Below are positions 1 to 9,570 of a stretch of DNA of 64,000 bases, in pieces. The stretch lies in the IMG/VR virus record IMGVR_UViG_3300025876_000016, one strand, 5' to 3'. Both the position numbers and the translations under genes were made by a program. The notes below the pieces were generated by a model, which saw only the letters and a program-made list of their open reading frames with translations, was not told where the DNA came from and made no database searches. Numbering within the stretch: position 1 is the stretch's first letter; the number at the start of each line of letters is the position of its first letter. Origin of the DNA: a virus.

Positions 1-148
1 ACTTATTTGAACAGAGAGGATATAAATTAACAAATCCCTGCTATTCTATAAAAAGCTATCATCTACATAATTCAAATGTCAGAAATTATATTAATCGTTC
101 TCACATAGAAAGATTGCCACCGCCATATTTAAGAGTAAAACCAACTAA

Positions 149-1087
149 ATGATGAAAAAGAAATTATTACATATTGCTTTAGGAAATCATAACACAGGCT
201 TATGGAAGGCTTTTGATACTCATTTTAATACATTTCATTATGATTGGTCTGAAGATTCAAAGGACATTGAAAAAGTCAATAAGAAAATACTTGAATTACA
301 TAAATGGTGGAAGCCTGATGTTGTTTTTATGCAAATTCAAAAAGCAGGAGTAATTTCAAATGAAACAGCAAAAATATTAACTAATCAAAGTTTTACAATT
401 AATTGGACAGGTGATGTTAGATACCCTTTACCAAAATGGTTTGTAGATTTAGGTAAAAATATTTCAATTACTTTGTTTAGTAATATGAAAGATGTTGAAC
501 TATCAAGAAAAGAAGGAATTAATTCAGATTTTTTACAAGTAGGATATGACCCTGAAATTTTTAATTGTGGGGGATTAATTAATAAGACACCTGCAATAAT
601 ATTTATGGGTTCTAATTACATAAATAGTCATTCATTTCCTTTATCGCAATTTAGGATAGACCTTGTTAGAAAATTGCACGATTATTATGGCGATGATTTT
701 AATGTGTATGGCGGTAATTGGGAGCATTTCGTACCTAATTCAAGATACTTAACTACAAATGAAGAATCATTAGCTTATAGAAGCTGTAAGGTAGCTATAA
801 ATCTTTCTCACTTTAATTATGGTAGATATTCTTCAGATAGAATTTTAAGATTGATGGGTAGCGGTGCATTTTGTTTATCTCATAATTACGATGGAATAGA
901 AAATGATTTTAAAATAAAAAAACATTTAGATACTTGGAGTAATCTTGACCAACTAATAACTAAAATAAATGATTATTGGTCAAATGATTATAAAAGAGAA
1001 CTGATTGCAAAAGAAGGTTGTAAATTTGTTCTTGAAAATTGCACTTGGGATAAAAGAATGATAGAATTGAAAAAACACATATTATGA
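149..1087 (+). CDS. CgeB-like glycosyltransferase (Glyco_trans_1_2 type)
   Basis: C-terminal YGGNW...YRSCKVAINLS...SDRILRLMGSGAFCLS resembles CgeB/GT1_2 family. Confidence 0.75.
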   Translation: MMKKKLLHIALGNHNTGLWKAFDTHFNTFHYDWSEDSKDIEKVNKKILELHKWWKPDVVFMQIQKAGVISNETAKILTNQSFTINWTGDVRYPLPKWFVDLGKNISITLFSNMKDVELSRKEGINSDFLQVGYDPEIFNCGGLINKTPAIIFMGSNYINSHSFPLSQFRIDLVRKLHDYYGDDFNVYGGNWEHFVPNSRYLTTNEESLAYRSCKVAINLSHFNYGRYSSDRILRLMGSGAFCLSHNYDGIENDFKIKKHLDTWSNLDQLITKINDYWSNDYKRELIAKEGCKFVLENCTWDKRMIELKKHIL

Positions 1088-1785
1088 AAACAACAATAGA
1101 TAATAAATGGGTTTACGGAATAAAAGATATTCCATTAAATAAAATGTATGCTCAATTTGGTGAAGAAGCTATTTTTGATTACATATTCAATAACATTGGC
1201 AAGAATAATAAATTTATTGTGGATTTTGGAGCAGGAACATTAAATTCAGGTTTATCTAATAGTCGTTATCTAATTGAAAGTGGTTGGAATGGATTATTAA
1301 TGGATGGAAACCCTGAAGAAGAAAACGATATAATTAAGAAAGAATTTATAACAGCAGAAAATATAGTTTCTTTATTAAGCAAATACAATGTACCTGAAGG
1401 ATTTGATTTATTATCTATTGACATTGATGGAAATGATTTTTGGGTACTAAAAGAAATACTTAAAAGTAAATACTCACCAAGAGTAATTATAAATGAGTTT
1501 AATGGATGTTTACAGGAACACCTTTTGCAGGTAATGAAATATAATCCAAATCATTCTTGGGATAATAATGATTATTATGGTGCATCATTTCAAGCGTTTA
1601 AAACACTTTTAAATCAAGCAGGATATACTCTCGTTCATCAAGTAGCTACTACAAATATGATTTTCATTAAATCAGATATTGTTGGAGATAATAATATGCC
1701 TGTAACATATAATAAAACACAATATCACGCTCACTCACCAAATAGAGAATGGGTTTATTTTAGTAATTCAGATAAATTAATATAA
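1084..1785 (+). CDS. FkbM-like SAM-dependent methyltransferase
   Basis: YAQFGEE, VDFGAG, SNSRYL, DLLSIDIDGND motifs. Confidence 0.75.
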   Translation: MKTTIDNKWVYGIKDIPLNKMYAQFGEEAIFDYIFNNIGKNNKFIVDFGAGTLNSGLSNSRYLIESGWNGLLMDGNPEEENDIIKKEFITAENIVSLLSKYNVPEGFDLLSIDIDGNDFWVLKEILKSKYSPRVIINEFNGCLQEHLLQVMKYNPNHSWDNNDYYGASFQAFKTLLNQAGYTLVHQVATTNMIFIKSDIVGDNNMPVTYNKTQYHAHSPNREWVYFSNSDKLI

Positions 1786-2423
1786 TGTCTTTAATAAGCG
1801 ATAATAAAAAGTTTATATTTTTTCATCTTTATAAATGCGGTGGAACAAGTTTCAGAAAAGTAATAACTGATTTGAAAATACCAACTAATGAATGGGAAGG
1901 TGTTCACGGACTACCTTTGGATGTAAAAACAAATTATAAAGCACTTAAACAGATTGATAAATTTAATGATTACTATAAATTCACTTTTATAAGAAATCCT
2001 TTTGACTTTTTAGTTAGCACATATTTTTATGGAAAATCATACCCTAATCACTTTATGCACAATGCTATAATTGAAAAAAATATGACTATGGAAGAATTTG
2101 TTCCATACTATATGAATATTCGATTACAACATAAAAACCCTTCGATTAGACCTATTGGCTCAAATAAGGTAGTTACATTTCAAGATTGGTTAATTGATGA
2201 AGAAGGAAACGATATAATGGATTATGTAGGAAAATTAGAAACTATGGATGATGATATAAAATTGATTTTCGCAAAATTAAATATCCCTATATCAAAAGCA
2301 CCAACAGTTAATGTAAATCCAAATAGAGATAAAAATTACAGAAAATATTATACGGATAAATCAAGGGCTATGGTTGAGGGTGCTTTTCATTGGTCTTTGA
2401 ATAAATTTAATTATACATTTTAA
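1785..2423 (+). CDS. Sulfotransferase family 2 protein
   Basis: FFHLYKCGGTS 5'-PSB loop and FTFIRNPFD..S 3'-PB motif. Confidence 0.8.
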   Translation: MSLISDNKKFIFFHLYKCGGTSFRKVITDLKIPTNEWEGVHGLPLDVKTNYKALKQIDKFNDYYKFTFIRNPFDFLVSTYFYGKSYPNHFMHNAIIEKNMTMEEFVPYYMNIRLQHKNPSIRPIGSNKVVTFQDWLIDEEGNDIMDYVGKLETMDDDIKLIFAKLNIPISKAPTVNVNPNRDKNYRKYYTDKSRAMVEGAFHWSLNKFNYTF

Positions 2424-2425
2424 TT

Positions 2426-3022
2426 ATGAATGAACCATTATTAATGCAGAATCAAGAAGGTGCTTTAAATCAAGACACTTTTGCACAAAAAGAATTTATT
2501 AATTTGAAAAATAAGTTTGGATTAAAATATGCAATCGAAACAGGTACTTGTCTTGGATATACAACTGATTTTCTTTGTGATAATTATGAAAAAGTACATA
2601 CCATAGAAATAAACGAAAAATATTTAAACTTCGCTTTAAACAATAGACTAAATAAAAGAGATAATGTTTTAGTGTATATTGGTAGTAGTGCTAATACTTT
2701 AATTAAAATGATTAAAGATTTACCTGAACAGGAAAACGTATTTATATTTCTTGATGCACATTGGGGGCAACATTGTCCTTTAAAAGAGGAATTAAAACAA
2801 ATAAAGGAATCCAAAATAAAACCTGTAATTGCAATTCACGATTTTGTTGTACCGAATCGACCTGAATTAGGATTTGATTCTATTAATGGTCAGCCCTTTA
2901 CTTATGAGTGGCTAAAAAATGATTTTGATTCCATTTATGGAGAGAAAGAATATAAATATTATTATAACTCTGAATCGGTAGGAGCAAAACGTGGAATTAT
3001 ATATATAACACCTAAAAATTAA
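2426..3022 (+). CDS. Class I SAM-dependent methyltransferase-like protein
   Basis: IETGT..G.TT, TIEI, GSS, FLDAHW, IAIHD motifs. Confidence 0.65.
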   Translation: MNEPLLMQNQEGALNQDTFAQKEFINLKNKFGLKYAIETGTCLGYTTDFLCDNYEKVHTIEINEKYLNFALNNRLNKRDNVLVYIGSSANTLIKMIKDLPEQENVFIFLDAHWGQHCPLKEELKQIKESKIKPVIAIHDFVVPNRPELGFDSINGQPFTYEWLKNDFDSIYGEKEYKYYYNSESVGAKRGIIYITPKN

Positions 3023-3023
3023 T

Positions 3024-3031
3024 TATTTTTG
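3024..3031 (+). promoter_or_regulatory. Putative Bacteroidota-type -7 promoter box
   Basis: TATTTTTG (TAnnTTTG) intergenic, 18 nt before ATG 3050. Confidence 0.4.
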
Positions 3032-3049
3032 TAACTAAATAAATTTATT

Positions 3050-3535
3050 ATGACGAATAACGAGCAAGAACACGAAAGAAAGGTACAATTAGCAACCGAA
3101 GTAAGTAAAATACTTCCTGAAGCAATAAATAAGACTGAACACTATAAAGAAGTTATTATAGCTGAAGGCGAATTATTAAACATATATCGGTCAAGAAAAA
3201 ATAATCCTTTTATATCTAAAGTAAAAAGAGCAGAAGAAAAGATTAAAATAGTTGATTTGAAAAATTCAATTATAAATAAACAAAAGATTTATGAATCTTA
3301 TTTAGGTAGAAAAAAGAAATATGAAAACTTCTTGGATGAAATGTCAATAGAAGTTTCTTCTAATTTTGACAAGACACTTGAAGAAGCAAAATCCATTAGT
3401 AAAAACATTAGACTTATGGAAACAATTAAAAAGTGGGAATCTGAAGAACACCTTGAAATTCAAGAAAAAATAGAGTTCTATTTATATTTGAATCAAGAGA
3501 TACTAAATCATAAAAAACATTCAAAGAAAAAATAA
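3050..3535 (+). CDS. Hypothetical coiled-coil protein
   Basis: Intact charged helical ORF. Confidence 0.6.
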   Translation: MTNNEQEHERKVQLATEVSKILPEAINKTEHYKEVIIAEGELLNIYRSRKNNPFISKVKRAEEKIKIVDLKNSIINKQKIYESYLGRKKKYENFLDEMSIEVSSNFDKTLEEAKSISKNIRLMETIKKWESEEHLEIQEKIEFYLYLNQEILNHKKHSKKK

Positions 3536-3541
3536 TAATAT

Positions 3542-3563
3542 AAGGGGGCTTTATTGCCCCTTT
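3542..3563. terminator. Bidirectional intrinsic terminator
   Basis: AAGGGGGC-TTTATT-GCCCCTTT hairpin between convergent genes. Confidence 0.7.
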
Positions 3564-4196
3564 TTAGTTATCCATAGTTTTAGGTATGTGGCATATTATG
3601 TAAGTAGCACCATAAATTTTTTCATAATTATTTGAAAAACGCATTAGTTTTTTTACAAATTTCCAATCGTGTCCATATCCATTACACCAACGCCAATTAA
3701 TTTTTTTGTTATTTATATGTGCTATACTTGAAGTTCCAATACTTCCGTGTTCTAAATCAACTTCTTTTTTAATTAACTTGCCACCATCAGGAAGTAAAAA
3801 GTCATTGTAGTAACACCAATCTAATAAATTATATTTCATTTGAGAGTAAACATTTGTTATGTGCCTATCTCCTAACATATCATCGGAATCAAGATACATA
3901 ATATAATCTCCATCACATATTTTTAAACCTGTCGTTCTTAATCTACCTGAAAATAGTTTTTGTTTTTTAGGCATATTATAAAACTTTATTTTTTTTAACT
4001 TTAGTTCATCAGTAAACTTTTCATATAATATACTTAATGATTTAGCACAGGCATCCCCTACAATAACTAATTCTTTATTTTCGTAATCATTATTTAAAAA
4101 AGAATTAATTGCCCTAACAAACTTTTCTTCTCTATCTTCAGCACACCCTTCATATTCACCTAAATATACAGGCATTATAACACTAACCTTTTCCAT
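3564..4196 (-). CDS. Glycosyltransferase family 2
   Basis: VSVIMPVY N-terminus, YLDSDD DxD motif, DWKF; start set at MEKV. Confidence 0.85.
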   Translation of the reverse strand: MEKVSVIMPVYLGEYEGCAEDREEKFVRAINSFLNNDYENKELVIVGDACAKSLSILYEKFTDELKLKKIKFYNMPKKQKLFSGRLRTTGLKICDGDYIMYLDSDDMLGDRHITNVYSQMKYNLLDWCYYNDFLLPDGGKLIKKEVDLEHGSIGTSSIAHINNKKINWRWCNGYGHDWKFVKKLMRFSNNYEKIYGATYIICHIPKTMDN

Positions 4197-4197
4197 A

Positions 4198-4884
4198 TTA
4201 AAATCTTTTAAGAGGTATATTTTTATGCTCACAGTAAATATCAGTATCGCAAAAAACAGAATATCCCTTTTGGTTTAAATCTGCATAGAAAAAACTATCA
4301 GGGTGAACAGGCGAACCTTCTTCATATCTAAATTTAATATCTGTTAAAACAGACTTATGAATTAAAACAGCCCCTAATCCACAACTAAAAACTCTTTTAA
4401 CTTTACCATCAACAAAACTTAAATCAGTTTCATCAAGATTAAATGTTTCTCTATGCTCAATACCAAAAGATTCTAATTCCTGTATCATTAATTTAGATTG
4501 CTCACCAAGTTCTATATGGTATAATCCACCGATAATCTTTTTTTTCTTTTCTAATAATCTTTCAATAATATCAATAGGTGGAAAAACATCAGATTCTAAA
4601 TGAAGTAAATAATCATAGTTACCTTTTAATGCTTTTTGTCTTATTGTTTCGTGAGATTTAGCCAAAGCCTTTTTAAATGAATTAAAATGTTCAGGATTAA
4701 CTCTCGCAAATTTAACATCTGTATATTTTTTCCGTATTGAATCGTAATATTCTCTACCTTCAGAATTATCTACTACAAAAATGTCTTTATTTTGATAAGT
4801 TAAATTATTCGCTTTAATAATCCATTCATTAAAACAATAGTCTTTTACATCCGCAACAGGACAAGCTACAAGTATTTTTTTCAT
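4198..4884 (-). CDS. GT-A fold glycosyltransferase (GT2-like)
   Basis: KILVACP N-terminus, LLHLESDV, CGLGAVLI, DSFF, CEH motifs. Confidence 0.75.
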   Translation of the reverse strand: MKKILVACPVADVKDYCFNEWIIKANNLTYQNKDIFVVDNSEGREYYDSIRKKYTDVKFARVNPEHFNSFKKALAKSHETIRQKALKGNYDYLLHLESDVFPPIDIIERLLEKKKKIIGGLYHIELGEQSKLMIQELESFGIEHRETFNLDETDLSFVDGKVKRVFSCGLGAVLIHKSVLTDIKFRYEEGSPVHPDSFFYADLNQKGYSVFCDTDIYCEHKNIPLKRF

Positions 4885-5037
4885 TTTTTTTCTATAATTA
4901 ATATTATATCAAAAATAATTAAAATTTATTATTTACAACCACAATACTCTAAAAAATAAGGGTGATGTTTATAAAATTTACAACGAGATGTAAATTATAG
5001 CACTTTTTATAATGCTTTTTATATTAGAAAAAAGATT

Positions 5038-5045
5038 TACTTTTG
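5038..5045 (+). promoter_or_regulatory. Putative -7 promoter box of the structural operon
   Basis: TACTTTTG in the divergent intergenic region upstream of 5106. Confidence 0.5.
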
Positions 5046-5105
5046 GTGAGAATAATATTTGAGATAATATTAAAAAAATAAATAAGAAATTTAAAAACAA
5101 TAAAA

Positions 5106-5288
5106 ATGTTAAAAGATATTTTCACGAAAGAAATGATGATTAATGCAGTTGTTACTCTTGGTGTCGTAATGGTAGGTCTTGCTGTTCACGATAAATTTGT
5201 ACGACCAAAAATGATGCAAAGTAACGATTCAACGCCTTCACCTGCTCCTGCTCCTGCTCCTGCTCCTGTAATGGATGAAGAAGCATAG
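5106..5288 (+). CDS. Small membrane protein with Pro-Ala tail
   Basis: One hydrophobic helix, (PA)n repeat; lies just upstream of the capsid candidate. Confidence 0.7.
   Translation: MLKDIFTKEMMINAVVTLGVVMVGLAVHDKFVRPKMMQSNDSTPSPAPAPAPAPVMDEEA
5241..5268 (+). repeat. (CCTGCT)4+ coding microsatellite
   Basis: Encodes PAPAPAPAP. Confidence 0.85.
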
Positions 5289-5334
5289 GCAAACAGGTGA
5301 TTTTTTTAATAATTAATAACTAATAACAGAAAAA

Positions 5335-6078
5335 ATGACAAAAAACAATTTTGACATTGATGCGTACCTGTTGGAAGCTGAAGAAAGATTTTCAGGTTTT
5401 GATGGTGTAGATGATTATGACGATTGGGATATGGATGAAGATTGGGATGGAGTTGATGGCGACTACTCAATGGCTTCAGGCGGTGGAGTGAATATGCTTA
5501 AAGCACCTTCACCTTACCAACTTACAGTTCAAAATACCACAGCAGGTAGTTTGACAGTTGTATTGTTTGGTAAAAACCAATTTCTTCTTTCAACGAACTT
5601 TGGTTCTGCGACAGGATTAATTGTAACACCTTCACAGGCAAATGTAACTTACCTTGAATTGCTTCAGCAATCTGCTGACCAACCATTTGAAACTTCACTT
5701 TTGAGAGTGCAATCTTCAAATGCTTCACAGGTAACTCAAATTTTGACTGTAACTGTAAAAGATGCGAATGGACAAAGTGCTACTTTGCCAATTATTACGC
5801 AGTCTTACTTCAGTTCATATCAGCAACAATCAGGAATTTTAGATGTTCCTTACAACCTTAAAGTTGATTCTAATACATCTATTACTTCACCGATTCTTGC
5901 AAACACAACGGTTACTTATACATTCTTCCCTGCGGAGAAAGTAAATGTTTCTAAAGGTCTTGCAGGTAAGAAACCTGTTCAGATTTACGGAAACCCACAA
6001 GTAAACTTGGGTGGTATGACTTTCCCTAAAAGACCTGCTTCTTTAGGTGGTCGAGTTAGAAAAAGACTTGGAAGGTAA
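5335..6078 (+). CDS. Candidate major capsid protein (jelly-roll-like beta domain, acidic N-terminal segment, basic C-tail)
   Basis: Beta-strand periodicity; homologous to domains in 12089 and 30706; first large gene of the operon, followed by a strong terminator; fold is inferred. Confidence 0.55.
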   Translation: MTKNNFDIDAYLLEAEERFSGFDGVDDYDDWDMDEDWDGVDGDYSMASGGGVNMLKAPSPYQLTVQNTTAGSLTVVLFGKNQFLLSTNFGSATGLIVTPSQANVTYLELLQQSADQPFETSLLRVQSSNASQVTQILTVTVKDANGQSATLPIITQSYFSSYQQQSGILDVPYNLKVDSNTSITSPILANTTVTYTFFPAEKVNVSKGLAGKKPVQIYGNPQVNLGGMTFPKRPASLGGRVRKRLGR

Positions 6079-6120
6079 TTAAGAGCCTTTCGCTCAATAA
6101 TTAACCGAATAGATAATTGT

Positions 6121-6158
6121 GAAAGGCAAATGACTTATGTTGTTTGCCTTTCTTTTTT
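6121..6158 (+). terminator. Intrinsic terminator
   Basis: GAAAGGCAAA/TTTGCCTTTC 10-bp stem followed by a T run. Confidence 0.8.
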
Positions 6159-6167
6159 AAAAAAATA

Positions 6168-6587
6168 ATGGAAAAAATATCTTTACAAGAACTAATAGCG
6201 ATAAACAATACACCAAAGGCAAAAGCATTAATTAGCCGATACGGTTATGACCCTGCACAAAACTATGAGGATTTAGTTTATAAACTTTTCAGATTAACTA
6301 AAGATTATAAAAAGGAAGCATTAAAAGATTTAGCTGAATTGCATCCACATAAAGACTTAATTTTAAATTATTTCCAAAGACCTGAATGTGATTGTCAAAA
6401 ACCTGAAAAAATTAGAAAAAGAATAGGAAAAAGATATTCTAATTTTGATTTAGCAGATGATTACATTGATGTAGAAGGGAATAATAATAAATTAGAAACT
6501 AAAGTAGATACTATAAAAGAGTATATGCCTATGATTGCTATTGCAGGTATTTTTGCTCTTGCTATAACTTCGATTAGTCGTAAATAA
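6168..6587 (+). CDS. C-terminally anchored membrane protein
   Basis: ATG at 6168; YSNFD motif; C-terminal TM helix. Confidence 0.7.
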   Translation: MEKISLQELIAINNTPKAKALISRYGYDPAQNYEDLVYKLFRLTKDYKKEALKDLAELHPHKDLILNYFQRPECDCQKPEKIRKRIGKRYSNFDLADDYIDVEGNNNKLETKVDTIKEYMPMIAIAGIFALAITSISRK

Positions 6588-7085
6588 ATGGAAACAGGTA
6601 TAAAAAATAACCTATCATTTGTTTTAACTGAAAACGCACCAATACTTTCATTGAAGGGAAGCAAGGTAGAAGATTCAGGCAAAAAATTAGTCAAAGGAAC
6701 GGTTGTAAATGGTTTGCTTAAAACAAGGGTTGTTAATATAAATGGAGAAAAAGTAGCATATAAATTTATAGAATTAGAAAATAAAAAAGGTTATATTTCA
6801 CCACAAGTTGTAAATTTGTATATAAGCACTTTTGCAAATTATGAAGGTGAAGCTAAAAACAAAGATGGCACACCTGTAAAAGAAACTTCTTTTGGTGAAA
6901 AAGAAGCTGTTAAAAAAAGAACAAAAAAGAATTATTTAATTAATTACGGACTACCAATAATAGGTGGCGTAGTTGGTTATCAAATAGCAAAAAGAACAGG
7001 AGCAGATAATAAAAAAACATTAAGCTATGTTCTTTTCTTCGGTTTGTTGGGGTGGCTACCGAGATATATTAATAAAACAAAATAA
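6588..7085 (+). CDS. SH3-like domain protein with C-terminal TM hairpin
   Basis: Beta-rich N-domain ending KGYIS; FANYEG motif; two hydrophobic segments. Confidence 0.55.
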   Translation: METGIKNNLSFVLTENAPILSLKGSKVEDSGKKLVKGTVVNGLLKTRVVNINGEKVAYKFIELENKKGYISPQVVNLYISTFANYEGEAKNKDGTPVKETSFGEKEAVKKRTKKNYLINYGLPIIGGVVGYQIAKRTGADNKKTLSYVLFFGLLGWLPRYINKTK

Positions 7086-7091
7086 CGAGTT

Positions 7092-7739
7092 ATGATTTAT
7101 GTAGAAAATGATTTTTATTCTAATTTTCAAGGTGCGGTAAAATCTAATGACGACCAATCTTTGAGAACAATGTTTGTAGACCAATTATCTAATATAATTG
7201 CAAAACATAGGGGAGAATTATTGGAATTGTTTCAAAAATCAGGTGTAAGGACAAGTGCTAATCCTTCAAATGAAGAAATTGTAAACTTAATTATTTTAAA
7301 CATTAAGGTAAATGTAAAATTAAGAGCAGGATTATCTTTTTTAATTGCAAAAAATAATGACCTACTTGCTACTTCAGTAAAAAATAATCGTAGCAAAGGA
7401 GATAAAGGCAATAAACAAAAGGAAGAAAAAATTAATTATGAGAAGTCAGCAGATACGGTTACATATATAGCTAATTCTCTTAATTTATTAATTAATGATT
7501 TAAAAGGAAAATCCTTAAATTCATTTAAAACAAAACTACAACAACAAACAAATAATAAAGCACCTAATTTTTCTTCACAAGCATATTCTAAAGTAGAGGG
7601 TGAATCGCCAAAGCCTAAAAAGAAAAGCAATAAGTGGAAATGGGTTTTATTAGCTGTTGCGGTAGGTGGAGTTTATTACGCATATAAAAAAGGTATGTTT
7701 AATAAATCAGTAGAAACAGGCGGTATAATTGAAAATTAA
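7092..7739 (+). CDS. C-terminally anchored membrane protein
   Basis: N-terminal YSNFQG motif; KKSNKWKW followed by a TM helix. Confidence 0.7.
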   Translation: MIYVENDFYSNFQGAVKSNDDQSLRTMFVDQLSNIIAKHRGELLELFQKSGVRTSANPSNEEIVNLIILNIKVNVKLRAGLSFLIAKNNDLLATSVKNNRSKGDKGNKQKEEKINYEKSADTVTYIANSLNLLINDLKGKSLNSFKTKLQQQTNNKAPNFSSQAYSKVEGESPKPKKKSNKWKWVLLAVAVGGVYYAYKKGMFNKSVETGGIIEN

Positions 7740-7744
7740 AAAAT

Positions 7745-7864
7745 ATGTCTAAAAAGTGGATTATATTAGGTAGTATTCTTGCAGTTGGATTAGGTGTAGG
7801 AACGTATTTTATTATTAAAGGAATTAATAAAGGAAATTCCGAAGATAATGAAGAAAAAAAATAA
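7745..7864 (+). CDS. Small membrane protein (39 aa, not in ORF track)
   Basis: MSKKWIILGSILAVGLGVGTYFIIKG..., fills the gap between genes. Confidence 0.6.
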   Translation: MSKKWIILGSILAVGLGVGTYFIIKGINKGNSEDNEEKK

Positions 7865-7882
7865 TAAATTAAAATAAGAAAT

Positions 7883-8422
7883 ATGGCTTTCGAAGAATTA
7901 GATATGAATAGTACGGAATGGGAAATTTTTCATAATTCAGAGGGTATGTTAGTTCCAATTATGGATGAATACCCTTCTCCTGAAAACACATTTGATGTTT
8001 GGTCAGGTGTTGATGATGCAAAAACAACAACTCCCCCACCAACGGAACAAACAAGACAAGGAATAGACCCAAACGCTCTCGCAGGTGCATTGACAACAGC
8101 AGTATCGGTAGGTTCTCAACTATATGCAAATAGAGATACATCTAAAAGAGAATTAAAAAATGTATGTGGTGGTAAACCTTTTTGTATTGGTAAAAACCGT
8201 TGTAGAGATAAAAAAGATAAATACGAAGCCTGTAAAAAGGAGTTTTATATGGGAAGCGGTGGATTTAAGTCAGGCGGTACACAGCAAGAACAACAAATGC
8301 CTGTTTATACCCCACAACCACAACCAACAGGAATGTCTACGACAGCAAAAGTAGGAATTGCTTTAGGAATTGTTGCTTTAGGAGTTGGCGGTTATTTTTT
8401 ATATAAAAGAAGTCAAAATTAA
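7883..8422 (+). CDS. Membrane protein with Cys cluster
   Basis: FHNSEG/WSGVDD motifs, Ala/Thr-rich helix, 4 Cys, C-terminal TM. Confidence 0.7.
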   Translation: MAFEELDMNSTEWEIFHNSEGMLVPIMDEYPSPENTFDVWSGVDDAKTTTPPPTEQTRQGIDPNALAGALTTAVSVGSQLYANRDTSKRELKNVCGGKPFCIGKNRCRDKKDKYEACKKEFYMGSGGFKSGGTQQEQQMPVYTPQPQPTGMSTTAKVGIALGIVALGVGGYFLYKRSQN

Positions 8423-8428
8423 AAGTAA

Positions 8429-8968
8429 GTGGCTCGTAAAACCGTATATGAATTATCATTTAGTTATGAAGCACCTGATTTAATAAAATCTGAACGAGCA
8501 GGTAAAATTGTTACGCAGTTTTTTGAAGAAGGTGAAATGATTATTGGTGAACCATATCAAAAAACAAAAATAATTGTAGAGGATAGGTTTATTATTCCTT
8601 TGGATTATGTTGAGAAAACTGAAAAGTTTCCATATTTAAAAAAGGATAGCAAATTTGATGAATCCATTAGTAGAATAAAGGAACAATCAGTTTTAATGAG
8701 CGAAAAACAAGAACAAGAAATAGACAAATTTGGTGAAAACGTCAAAGAAGTCGTTGAAGGTAAAACAAAAGTGAAATTAGATAAAGAATCGAAAGCATAT
8801 AAAAATGGTGCTTTAATCGGTTTAGGAAGTGGTGTTTTACTTGCTCTTTATTTAAAAAAGAGCGTTTGGATGTTAGGTTTATTAGGTGTAGCTATTGGTG
8901 GGTATGTATCACACAGATTAAATAAATCAAAAGAAGGAAATAATATTGTAAAACCAATTAGTGAATAA
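8429..8968 (+). CDS. Membrane protein with C-terminal TM hairpin
   Basis: GTG start; two Gly-rich hydrophobic helices. Confidence 0.65.
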   Translation: MARKTVYELSFSYEAPDLIKSERAGKIVTQFFEEGEMIIGEPYQKTKIIVEDRFIIPLDYVEKTEKFPYLKKDSKFDESISRIKEQSVLMSEKQEQEIDKFGENVKEVVEGKTKVKLDKESKAYKNGALIGLGSGVLLALYLKKSVWMLGLLGVAIGGYVSHRLNKSKEGNNIVKPISE

Positions 8969-8969
8969 A

Positions 8970-9566
8970 ATGGCAAATTTAGATTTAGATATAGATTTTA
9001 ACGGATTAAATAATGATATTTTAAATAAATCCGAAAGTGAAAGAGTAGATATATACCCAAGAGTTGTAAGATACGCTTCAGGGAAGGGTATTTCAAAGAG
9101 GGCGGTAGATAATATGATGCTTGAAGTTGCAGGTAAATATTCAAATATTACTGATGAAGAACTTCGAAAGGAAGCCCTATCAAGTAAAGAGTGTTCTCAA
9201 TTCAAATCAGATTCATCCGTAACACTTCCTACAAAAGAAGCAGAATTAGAAGCGTGTGTTAAATCATATATTGATAAAACAAAAAAGAGAGAATTAAGGA
9301 AATCTAAAAACGCAAATTTTTGGAATACATTAATAGGAACTGTAAATCAAGTTAGTGAGAATTTGAATAAAAATAATACTCAAAATACAGGCAATAATAA
9401 TAATAATAATAATGACTTCAGAAATGACGACCCTTTGCCTGATGCAGACCCAAGAATTTTGGGTATGAAACCTTTGGTATTTACCCTTGTTGCTTTAGGT
9501 ACTGTTACTACATTGGCAATAGTTACCGTACTATTAATGAAAAGAGGAAAAACTCCTAAAAAATAA
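8970..9566 (+). CDS. C-terminally anchored membrane protein
   Basis: ATG at 8970; Asn-rich linker; ILGM + TM + KRGK tail. Confidence 0.7.
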   Translation: MANLDLDIDFNGLNNDILNKSESERVDIYPRVVRYASGKGISKRAVDNMMLEVAGKYSNITDEELRKEALSSKECSQFKSDSSVTLPTKEAELEACVKSYIDKTKKRELRKSKNANFWNTLIGTVNQVSENLNKNNTQNTGNNNNNNNDFRNDDPLPDADPRILGMKPLVFTLVALGTVTTLAIVTVLLMKRGKTPKK

Positions 9567-9570
9567 TCTG

